Shown: positions 16,501 through 25,272 of the stretch, piece by piece | How the letters are laid out: every line of letters begins with the position of its first letter | Numbering within the stretch: the stretch's first letter is position 1 | Assembly: GCA_051275765.1 (NCBI GenBank) | Contig: JBNMOV010000001.1 | Location: 1-53,329 of the forward strand | DNA: 53,329 nt | Reading direction: 5' to 3' | DNA from: Maribacter sp. | GTDB lineage: Bacteria > Bacteroidota > Bacteroidia > Chitinophagales > Saprospiraceae | Notes under the pieces: model-generated | Databases searched by the model: none | The model's input: only the letters and a program-made list of their open reading frames with translations | Told to the model about the DNA's origin: nothing | Translations under genes and position numbers: made by a program

Positions 16501-18905
16501 ATGAGATAAGAGGAGCAGAACATGCTGTAAGATTACGTGATAATGCCCGTGTAAGGCTAGCTGGCAATACATTCAACGCAAATCATATATCTGTATTTTC
16601 TGCTACATCAGCCAATCCTATTAGTCTTGGTCTGTATAGGTCTAGAAATAACAATTTCAATGGCGACGTTCAATTGCCTCCTGCATATCCTAATATGCCA
16701 AGTGTTACAGATGGTTTTCCAGAAGCAGGTGTATTCCTTAATGATGTAATTAGTGTGAATCTTGGATTACCTAATAACACGGAACAGGATCTTACAGATT
16801 TCTATTTTAGTCTAGAATATGGAATTAGATTAAACAGAGTAGGAAATGCCCTTATCGAAGAATCGAGATTTGATCTGGGCGGCTATGGCATTTATGCAAC
16901 TGCCTCAGGAACAACTTCAATCCTTAATCAGATAGGACTTGGTAGTGCCAACCCTACAGAGCCAACTACAGATGAGCTTACTTTCAATGATGTTAAATAT
17001 CCAATATTCACATCTGACATGACCTCGGTTTCTATTAGGGAAAACGAAATATTCAATTCATGGAAAGCAATAGAAATACAACGAAATTTATATAGTGTCC
17101 GAATAATGGATAATACGATATTTTGTGCAGATAGAGGGTTGGAATTATTGTCGAATGACCCTTCATCATTACATATACAGAACAATGGAATCTTCATGGA
17201 CAATACTGCAGGTAATTTACAGTTTGCCTCTGAAATTGCAATCAACTGTCAAGAATCAGGATCTTCATCAGCAGACAATCTAGCAAGGACAATTGCTTAC
17301 AATAATATCCATCTATATGATAATTTCGGTCCTTGGAATAGACCTACTGGAATATTCCTAAATTCAACAGTAAGAACCTGTGTATATGAAAATACAATAA
17401 CCCTTGAAACAAATCAATTAAGAGGGTATGGCATAAGGGAAACAGGTGGAGACAGAAACCATATCAATGATAATATTATAGAAGGTGTAGAACTTGCTGA
17501 TGGCAACGACAGAATAGGAATATCCATAGAAATGTCTACAATGGGCAAATATGAATGCAATACTACGGATAAGACGAAGGAAGGTATGGTAGTACACGCA
17601 AACTGTTCTGGTGCCTTGATAAAAGGCAATATATTTGGAGATCATGCTACAGGGCTTAAGTATTCTGCTTCAGCATCTACTAATAATACACAGGATAACC
17701 ATGGTAATAGATGGACAGGTACTTATACTGATTATGCTGCGGATAATGACAACCCTGTGATTCCTAACGCAGAGTACCTTATAGCTTTTAATCAGCTTGG
17801 GGATACCGAATTTAATCCAAGTAATATATCCCCAACAACTGGGTGGTTTGGTTTTAGTGATGATGAAAACGCCAATACTCATTGTCAAGAAGTATGCAGT
17901 CCTCAAGAGGAGGAGGAAATGATGATATTGAGTTCACAGGACAGCACCCTAATTGAAGGAGATTCTACATCTGGAGTTTACGTGGAAGAACTCATTTGGA
18001 TGGGACAAAGAGAGTTATACGGAAAAATCAACGAATCCATGACATTCGATATGACAGGAGACATTGCTGATTTTTATGATGAAAAATCAGAGGAGGCAAT
18101 GGGACAATTGCATGATATAGAACAGAATCGTAAAGAATACCTGTCAATGGATGCTAGTAGCAAGACACAAATACAGGTATTGTCAGAACAGAACAAGGAT
18201 TTATCAGAGCAAATCGGTATATTGTTATTGACTTTGGATAGTTTAGATGGAACTGATAGTATTATGATCGAAGAGGAATTACTTTCTTTGGGAACTATTG
18301 TGGAACAGAATACATATGTAATGAATAATCTATACCAAGTACATTGGCAACAGGCAGGAGTGAATGCTTCATGGATAAGCCAAGAAAATGGAAGTATCAA
18401 TATCTCTGCCATATATGAGTACAATGAAAAAAGGATCAATGATATTTTGTCCAATACATTGGATATCGGTAATCATCAATTTAGTTCAACAGAAATGGAT
18501 GAGATTATCCAAATATCCAACCAATGTCCATTGGCAGCAGGTAAATCTGTATATAGGGCAAGAACGTTGAGGATTACCTTTGACCCAGAAACTTCTTATG
18601 ATGATGATGCTAATTGTGAAGAAGTTGGTTTGGAATGGCGTATGTCGCAGGAGAATACAGAACTATCAAATGGTAATGTATCTCTATTCCCTAATCCTGC
18701 GAGGGATTACATCCATATTACATCGACTATGGATTACACCCTCCTTAAGATTACGGACATCTCTGGAAAGCATATTCTACAATACGATATGGGAGAAGCG
18801 AAAGAAACTCGTATATCGACATCTCAATGGATGCGAGGTATCTATTTTATAGAAGTCTATGACCAAAAAAACAGAGTAAACACGCTGAAATTGGTCATCA
18901 ATTAA
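16434..18905 (+). CDS. Parallel beta-helix repeat protein with T9SS C-terminal sorting domain, apparently 5'-truncated
   Basis: Repeated ...N.I...I.L..N...-type beta-helix units and an acidic coiled-coil region. The C-terminus LFPNPARDYIHITS...GIYFIEV...LKLVIN is a T9SS CTD. There is no signal peptide. The first ~22 codons (GTG start) are antisense of the integrase stub. Confidence 0.6.
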   Translation: MAFLPISHWYKKFFLRCGFLSGNEIRGAEHAVRLRDNARVRLAGNTFNANHISVFSATSANPISLGLYRSRNNNFNGDVQLPPAYPNMPSVTDGFPEAGVFLNDVISVNLGLPNNTEQDLTDFYFSLEYGIRLNRVGNALIEESRFDLGGYGIYATASGTTSILNQIGLGSANPTEPTTDELTFNDVKYPIFTSDMTSVSIRENEIFNSWKAIEIQRNLYSVRIMDNTIFCADRGLELLSNDPSSLHIQNNGIFMDNTAGNLQFASEIAINCQESGSSSADNLARTIAYNNIHLYDNFGPWNRPTGIFLNSTVRTCVYENTITLETNQLRGYGIRETGGDRNHINDNIIEGVELADGNDRIGISIEMSTMGKYECNTTDKTKEGMVVHANCSGALIKGNIFGDHATGLKYSASASTNNTQDNHGNRWTGTYTDYAADNDNPVIPNAEYLIAFNQLGDTEFNPSNISPTTGWFGFSDDENANTHCQEVCSPQEEEEMMILSSQDSTLIEGDSTSGVYVEELIWMGQRELYGKINESMTFDMTGDIADFYDEKSEEAMGQLHDIEQNRKEYLSMDASSKTQIQVLSEQNKDLSEQIGILLLTLDSLDGTDSIMIEEELLSLGTIVEQNTYVMNNLYQVHWQQAGVNASWISQENGSINISAIYEYNEKRINDILSNTLDIGNHQFSSTEMDEIIQISNQCPLAAGKSVYRARTLRITFDPETSYDDDANCEEVGLEWRMSQENTELSNGNVSLFPNPARDYIHITSTMDYTLLKITDISGKHILQYDMGEAKETRISTSQWMRGIYFIEVYDQKNRVNTLKLVIN

Positions 18906-18917
18906 TTTGTTTATTTT

Positions 18918-18942
18918 AAAGGGGAGTCAATGACTCCCCTTT
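18918..18942 (+). terminator. Hairpin between the two T9SS cargo genes
   Basis: AAAGGGGAGTCAATGACTCCCCTTT is a near-perfect palindrome (10-12 bp stem). The trailing T-run is weak. Confidence 0.45.
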
Positions 18943-18957
18943 AAATAATACTTTGTT

Positions 18958-20502
18958 ATGAAAAAGGAAATTATCACTTTAATTTTTTTTGCTTTTACTT
19001 TATCCATAAATGCACAGGTTACTGACTACTCCATCATAGATAATAAGCGAGATTATAATTGGACTATGGGTATCATTGGGGCATTAAGCAGTGGGCAAAC
19101 TAGAGGAATACACATGCATTTTGATTCAATAGAGGGATTGAATCAAATATCAAACCCTGAAATTCCTATGACATTTAAAAGAACCAACGCTTCTATCAGC
19201 AATACTGAGGGGAATTTACTATTCTCATTCAATGGTCACGAAATCATGGACAATAGTTATCAGATAGCTATCAATGGTACTGATATTAATCCAGAAGGGG
19301 AAGGGGAAAGCTGGTGGTGGAGTAGTGGTTATCCTGTTACACAGGGAGCCATCATACTTCCCGATTTTAATGATTCCACCCTGTATCATTTATTTCATTT
19401 ACAGGCTGACTTTGATGAAACACTATCCCCCCCTCAATCCACATGTAATGCATTTTTACATACCCAAATAGTGAAGACATCACTTAATGGTATGGCAGAG
19501 GTCACAGAAAAAAATATACCAATTATAGAAGATGAGCGTCTGATGAGGGGAAAGCTAACTGCCACTCGGCATGCCAACGGAAGGGATTGGTGGATTCCAA
19601 TATTCTACTTTAATGAAAGAAGCTACCAACAATACCTATTTACTCCCGATGGATTAATTGATTACGGATTACACGAAGTGGATCTGACCGTTTTTCAGAG
19701 TTTGGGACAGGGACAGTTTTCTCCAGATGGAACTACCTATATGCAGCATAATGGTTATAGTGGCAACGGTGTATTCGTAGATATATTTGATTTTGACAGG
19801 TGTACGGGCGAACTTTCCAATCAAAGGCAGTGGATGTATCAGACACCAAACAATCTTTCTTGGGGGGCTGCAATCTCCCCTAATTCAAGGTTCTTATATT
19901 TATCACAAGGAGAATATATGCTACAGGCAGATTTACAGGCAGAAGATATATTCTCAAGTATAGATACTGTAGGAATTTATGAAGAATTCATAGATCCCTT
20001 CCATGCCACTTTTTTTGCAGGGCAATTGGCTCCAGATGGAAAAATATACTTTTGTGCTCCCAATGGACTCTACCATCTCCATGTCATCCATAATCCCAAT
20101 GAACAAGGAGAAGCCTGTAATTTTGAACAACATGGCATTCCACTACCTGCTGGTAACAATTATTCTATTCCCAATTTTCCCAATTTCCGCCTTGGTCGCC
20201 TAGAAGGCAGCGACTGCGACACCCTCTACAGTAGTAATACTTCTGTTTATGACATAGAACCTGTCTTTTCTGTTTTCCCCAATCCTGCTAGGGATGTATT
20301 GGAAATATCATGGGAAGTGGATGGATTTCAGACTATGGATGTGAGGGTATTGGATATGCTGGGGAGAGAAGTGGTTTTCTCTAGAGGGAATGGTTCTGGT
20401 ATGAGATTGGATGTTTCTGGCTGGGCTGTTGGGATGTATGTATTGCAACTGGAAAGTAAAGGTCAAGTGCTTACTGTGGAAAAAATCGTAGTGCAAAGGT
20501 AG
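18958..20502 (+). CDS. Secreted protein of unknown function with T9SS C-terminal sorting domain
   Basis: Signal peptide MKKEIITLIFFAFTLSINAQ. The C-terminus is VFPNPARDVLEISW...GMYVLQLESKGQVLTVEKIVVQR. Confidence 0.7.
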   Translation: MKKEIITLIFFAFTLSINAQVTDYSIIDNKRDYNWTMGIIGALSSGQTRGIHMHFDSIEGLNQISNPEIPMTFKRTNASISNTEGNLLFSFNGHEIMDNSYQIAINGTDINPEGEGESWWWSSGYPVTQGAIILPDFNDSTLYHLFHLQADFDETLSPPQSTCNAFLHTQIVKTSLNGMAEVTEKNIPIIEDERLMRGKLTATRHANGRDWWIPIFYFNERSYQQYLFTPDGLIDYGLHEVDLTVFQSLGQGQFSPDGTTYMQHNGYSGNGVFVDIFDFDRCTGELSNQRQWMYQTPNNLSWGAAISPNSRFLYLSQGEYMLQADLQAEDIFSSIDTVGIYEEFIDPFHATFFAGQLAPDGKIYFCAPNGLYHLHVIHNPNEQGEACNFEQHGIPLPAGNNYSIPNFPNFRLGRLEGSDCDTLYSSNTSVYDIEPVFSVFPNPARDVLEISWEVDGFQTMDVRVLDMLGREVVFSRGNGSGMRLDVSGWAVGMYVLQLESKGQVLTVEKIVVQR

Positions 20503-20646
20503 ATTCATATTAATTTAAAAACTTTCAGCACAAAGAGTAGAGCCACCAGAACAGCTGACACATAGGCAATTCCTATACCTCTATCTTTTCCTTATCGAGT
20601 TTTGTCTTTACCTTCATGATGTTAGTCTTAGTGTTGTAAATTATTA

Positions 20647-20671
20647 TATCGGTCGCCTAAGCGGTCACTTT
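20647..20671 (+). repeat. 25-nt direct repeat, copy 2 (TATCGGTCGCCTAAGCGGTCACTTT)
   Basis: Matches 16248-16272 at 23/25 positions. Confidence 0.8.
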
Positions 20672-20785
20672 AATGATTACAAAGAGTGAACGCAAGTAAC
20701 TATGGTTAACAATAATTAGTCCTAAAGTGCTGATAAATATGAACAAACGGTTATATTGGTTAATCTAAGTAATCATATGGTGCGG

Positions 20786-20803
20786 TCTGCTACCGACCTC
20801 AAA
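20786..20803 (+). repeat. attR-like direct repeat (orphan copy of the tRNA-Cys 3' end)
   Basis: TCTGCTACCGACCTCAAA is identical to 16179-16196. No tRNA body lies upstream of it. Confidence 0.9.
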
Positions 20804-20806
20804 TAG

Positions 20807-20847
20807 AAAAAGCCTTGATTCAGTTGAATCAAGGCTTTTCTTGTTTT
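20807..20847 (+). terminator. Terminator after the orphan tRNA 3' fragment (probably the ancestral tRNA-Cys terminator)
   Basis: An 11-bp stem AGCCTTGATTC/GAATCAAGGCT, loop AGTT, then TTTCTTGTTTT. Confidence 0.7.
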
Positions 20848-21962
20848 GGAGTTTCTTAGTTTTTATTCAAAAAAACTAGCCAAAAACTTATTCTTAGAAT
20901 CTTCTATTTTTTGAACGACTGTACCTAATCTTTTATCATATAAAATACCTAGTAAAAGAAGATCGTCTATTCTCTACACACCAATCCGTATATTTTAACA
21001 TGAAATAATTTTAATAAAATTGATTTTATTGGATTTTGTTGAAATTAGTATAAGGTAATTGTTGCAATTAGTCACTTATGACACATTATTTTAATTCTAT
21101 TAAAAAGACCTCGTATCACTATTTTGAAAATATTGATAATCTAAAAAAAAGTCAAGTTATTCACAATGTTGGTAAATTACACTCCTATGTTAATTTACTG
21201 AAAGTTAGTGTTTTCTGTATTTAACTAACAATATGTGGATAAGTATTAGCTTTTTCATTCGATTAAATCTATTAGATTTGTGAAGCAGGAAAGATAATCA
21301 ATTTGCTTTCTTTATTTAATCTCACTTTTTATTTTTGGTAAAAGGTAGTTTACGTAAAAAAGATTTTAGAAAATTCTTGAGAGAACCAAATTCAACTAGA
21401 ATACTTCTTTCATTTTATTTAAAACTTAACTAGGGCTTATATACTAAAAAAAGCCTTGAGGGTTAGTTCCCTTCAAGACTTTTTTTGGAAAGATACTGTA
21501 TGTAAAAAGGGTTAGTCCACCCAAATTTCACTACAGACTGTATTTCGATTATTGGTATATCAAATATAGTACAAAAATCTTTCCAACCAACATTTTTTTC
21601 TAAAATTAACTTAGGCGGTATTTTATCCGAGTCTGAGCAGTTAGGGGTATGTCTGCATATTTTGCCCTAGAGGATATTTATAGAATAAAAACATGAGTAT
21701 TTTTTCAGAAAATTCTATACAGGTAGTATAAGATAGAGGAAGCTTCATGTCAAAATACTACGCAAATACAGAATTAATGTCTTTTACGAAACGACAATTA
21801 ACCATGACATTTATAACAATTGACATACCAAAAGGGGGTATGATAATGATATAATCAAAAAGGGAGCAATAAAGCTAACACCCTCAACAATGTAAATTAC
21901 CTCAAGGCTAACAAACACTAACATTCCTTGAGTTTTTAATAACACTTAAAAGATTATTTCTT

Positions 21963-22148
21963 ATGAAAAATGAAAGTAGCTCAAGGTGGCACAAATTCCT
22001 TGCCTTTTTTGCAGACCTTAATGAAGGTGCAAAAAACATTAAAGGAATTTTATCTCTAATACTTTTTATAGTATTCATTATTCACTCCCTTTCAATGGGG
22101 TGGATAAATTTAGGGTGGTGGATGTTCTTACTACCTATATTACTTTAA
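21963..22148 (+). CDS. Small hydrophobic protein (61 aa, two predicted TM segments), hypothetical
   Basis: It is the only ORF of at least 60 aa in a ~1.5-kb tract. A terminator-like hairpin lies upstream (21901-21937) and a good terminator downstream (22162-22198). Confidence 0.3.
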   Translation: MKNESSSRWHKFLAFFADLNEGAKNIKGILSLILFIVFIIHSLSMGWINLGWWMFLLPILL

Positions 22149-22161
22149 GAACGTTTTAAAA

Positions 22162-22198
22162 AGTACTATCTGTTCGCAGATCGTGCTTTTTATTTTTT
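22162..22198 (+). terminator. Rho-independent terminator
   Basis: AGTACTATCTG-TTCG-CAGATCGTGCT forms a stem with a TTCG loop, followed by TTTTATTTTTT. Confidence 0.55.
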
Positions 22199-22379
22199 GT
22201 CTATAATAATAGTTACAACTATTTCATCATTACAAATCATCAAAACTACCTTCAAACGCTATTCTATTATCCTTAACATCGACCAATTCGCACCATTCAT
22301 TTATAACCACTAGAAATTGGCTTAACCTCATTTTAAAATTTGAGACTAAACCAATTCACGACGATAGCACATCAACGAA

Positions 22380-23357
22380 TTAACCAATAACCACCACCAC
22401 TTTTCCTTTCACTTTTCTTTCAGCCATTTCTTCCAATGCAAGATGTGCTTCTTCTAAAGGATAAGTAGCATGAATATGAGGATTGATTTTTTTATCAAAA
22501 TAGAACTGTAGTAATTCCATGGTATTTCCCATGTTTTTCATGGTATCTTTCATCGCGAACTGTCCCCAAAATATACCTACGATTTGGCATTCTTTCAATA
22601 AAGGTAAATTCAAAGGAATCTTAGGAATATCGCCAGAAGCAAAACCAACTACACAGAAACGTCCACCACGACCAGTCGCACGAAGTGCTGCTTCAGAAAA
22701 ATCTCCACCAACTGGATCATAAACTACATCAGCACCTTTTCCATCTGTTAGTTCCTTGATTCTTGTTTTCAAATTTTCTTTGGAATAATTGATAAATTCA
22801 TCAGCTCCATGCTCTTTACACAACGCCAGTTTTTCATCAGTAGAAGCACAAGCGATCACTTTAGCTCCCATTATTTTGCCTAATTCCACAGCTGCCAAAC
22901 CAACACCTCCAGATGCACCAAGCACCACAAGCGTTTCGCCTTCTTTCAATCTAGCTCTATCTTTCAAAGCATGATAAGATGTACCATAAGCCATAAGGAA
23001 AGATGCCACTACTGGGAAACTCATTTGTGGAGGCTTAGGAAAACAAGCCTTTTCATGAATCACGATTTCCTCAGCAAATCCGCCATGTGGCACTAAGCTA
23101 AATATCTCATCTCCAACCTTATATTGTGTCACGCCTTCGCCCACAGCTTTCACTATTCCAGCCACATCACTTCCTGGAGAAAAAGGCAATTCTGGCTTGA
23201 ATTGATATTTACCTTGGATAATAAGCGTATCAGGAAAATTGACACTACAAGCTTTTATTTCTAGTAAGATTTCTCTCTTACCAGGTGTTTTAGCAGGAAC
23301 ATCTTCTAATACTAATGAGGACGGAGGTCCATATGCTTTACAAAGAATGGCTTTCAT
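22380..23357 (-). CDS. NADPH:quinone oxidoreductase / zinc-type alcohol dehydrogenase superfamily (MDR)
   Basis: A GroES-like N-terminal domain and the Rossmann motif VLGASGGVGLAAVELGK, in 325 aa. Confidence 0.8.
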   Translation of the reverse strand: MKAILCKAYGPPSSLVLEDVPAKTPGKREILLEIKACSVNFPDTLIIQGKYQFKPELPFSPGSDVAGIVKAVGEGVTQYKVGDEIFSLVPHGGFAEEIVIHEKACFPKPPQMSFPVVASFLMAYGTSYHALKDRARLKEGETLVVLGASGGVGLAAVELGKIMGAKVIACASTDEKLALCKEHGADEFINYSKENLKTRIKELTDGKGADVVYDPVGGDFSEAALRATGRGGRFCVVGFASGDIPKIPLNLPLLKECQIVGIFWGQFAMKDTMKNMGNTMELLQFYFDKKINPHIHATYPLEEAHLALEEMAERKVKGKVVVVIG

Positions 23358-23401
23358 AATTAGATGTTTAGATGTAGAGATATTTAGATAAAAAAATGAT
23401 T

Positions 23402-23438
23402 AAAAAAGAGCTGCAATTTAGTAATGGCAGCTCTTTAT
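23402..23438 (-). terminator. Terminator downstream of serS
   Basis: An 8-bp stem AGAGCTGC/GCAGCTCT with a T-run on the minus strand. Confidence 0.6.
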
Positions 23439-23443
23439 GTATT

Positions 23444-24718
23444 TTAATCGATGATGTCAAAACGAGTATAAGGTCTCAATACTTCTGGAATAACGATGCC
23501 TTCTGGCGTTTGGTAATTTTCCAAAATCGTAGCGACGATTCTAGGCAATGCCAATGCACTTCCATTCAATGTATGAGCAAGATGCTTTTTATTATTAGCA
23601 TCTTTATATCGTAATTTCAGACGATTACTTTGGAAGTTTTCAAAGTTAGAAATAGAACTTACTTCTAGCCATCTGCCTTGAGCAGTAGAATAGGTCTCAA
23701 AATCAAAGGTAAGAGCAGAAGTAAAACCTAAATCTCCTCCACAAAGACGAAGAATCCTATATGGCAATCCTAGTTTTTCTAATAATCCACCTACATAATC
23801 CACCATTTCTTCTAATGCCTCATAAGATTTCTCTGGATGCTCCAAACGAACGATCTCGACCTTATCGAATTGGTGTAATCTATTCAATCCTCTTACATGA
23901 GCACCATAAGATCCCGCTTCTCTTCTGAAACAAGGCGTATAAGCAGTCATTTTAATAGGAAAATCTTTTTCATTCACAATTACATCTCTGTAAATGTTAG
24001 TAACTGGAACTTCTGCTGTTGGAATCAGATATAAATCATCTGCTGCGTCATGATACATTTGTCCTTCCTTATCTGGCAATTGACCTGTACCTCTGGCACT
24101 AGCTTCATTCACCATATAAGGAGTCATATATTCCAAGTATCCTGCTTTTTCAGCTTCGTCCAAGAAAAATGCGATTAATGCACGCTGAAGTTTTGCTCCT
24201 TTTCCGATGTAAACAGGAAAACCTGCTCCTGTCACTTTTACTCCCAACTCTAGACTTACAATATTGTAATCTTTCATCAGTTCCCAATGAGGCTTATGCC
24301 CTTCATGTAGTTTAGGGAAATCCTTATTCCAATCTTGGAATACTTCATTGTCATCATCAGTACTGCCAGCTGGCACAGATGGGTGCGGAACATTAGGCAC
24401 ACTAAATAAGGCATTTTCCAACTTCGTTTTCACTTCGTCTAACTCTATTTTCAATGTCTCACGTCGAATCTTCCAGCCCTTTACTTGCTCTTGTAATCCC
24501 TTCGCTTCTTCTACTTTTTTCTGTCCAAACAATTTCCCAATCTCCTTCGACGACTTATTCTCTTCACTTTTCAAGTTGTCAGATTCAGACTGAATGTCTT
24601 TTCTTTTCTGATCTAAATTAATGATTTCATCCAAAAGATGAACCTCTTTGAAACTTCTCTTTTTTAAGGCTTCAAGGATCATTTCCTTGTTTTCCTTAAT
24701 GAAATTGGGTTGTAACAT
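23444..24718 (-). CDS. serS: Seryl-tRNA synthetase
   Basis: An N-terminal coiled-coil arm and class II motifs (FRREAGS..., GLNRLHQFDKVE, GSALALPR), in 424 aa. Confidence 0.95.
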   Translation of the reverse strand: MLQPNFIKENKEMILEALKKRSFKEVHLLDEIINLDQKRKDIQSESDNLKSEENKSSKEIGKLFGQKKVEEAKGLQEQVKGWKIRRETLKIELDEVKTKLENALFSVPNVPHPSVPAGSTDDDNEVFQDWNKDFPKLHEGHKPHWELMKDYNIVSLELGVKVTGAGFPVYIGKGAKLQRALIAFFLDEAEKAGYLEYMTPYMVNEASARGTGQLPDKEGQMYHDAADDLYLIPTAEVPVTNIYRDVIVNEKDFPIKMTAYTPCFRREAGSYGAHVRGLNRLHQFDKVEIVRLEHPEKSYEALEEMVDYVGGLLEKLGLPYRILRLCGGDLGFTSALTFDFETYSTAQGRWLEVSSISNFENFQSNRLKLRYKDANNKKHLAHTLNGSALALPRIVATILENYQTPEGIVIPEVLRPYTRFDIID

Positions 24719-25272
24719 AAAAAAGCATGATTTTTATAATAAACTTATATGTTTGTATATCTCGAACTAATTAGCCTAAGTTGTGTTCTATGCAATGTGA
24801 ATTAATTAAGATATAATAGCAATGCAATATTTAGGTTTTTATAAAGTTATTATATCTAACTAAAGGCTATTGATACACAAATCTCGATAATTGACTGCAA
24901 AAGTACCACTTAAAGCACAGTCAAACAGGAGAATTGCCAAACATTTTCAAATATTATATCATTTTTTTTCAAAAAAAAGTTCCATTTTGGAAAGAAAATG
25001 TATTTTTGCAGCGTTAAGCAATTCAAACACATTATCCCTTTCGGGTTTTTTGCAATTCACAATGTGTGTTTCCACTCTTAATATTTTTGTTGTACTAGAG
25101 TTTTATCTGTATTCTTTTAAAACGAGAAAACAATATTCTTTTTAATATTTCCAAAATTTTATCCAAAGATTGTTTGAAATTGGCTGTTAGCCTAAAATTA
25201 AACATACTTTATCCCCAAATACATTATTAACCATTCTAAGAAATTTATATTTCAATATACCATATATACCAT

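Larger units (their letters stand above)
16193..20803. mobile_element. Decayed tRNA-Cys-integrated element (integrase stub, att-like direct repeats, T9SS cargo)
   Basis: An 18-bp exact direct repeat of the tRNA 3' end bounds 4.6 kb. A tyrosine-recombinase C-terminal fragment lies next to the tRNA. Each repeat copy is followed by its own terminator hairpin. Confidence 0.65.

Noticed and set aside
24891-25145. An 84-aa ORF in the rho leader.
   Set aside because: It has a TTG start, low complexity and poly-A/T runs, and lies in a probable 5' UTR.
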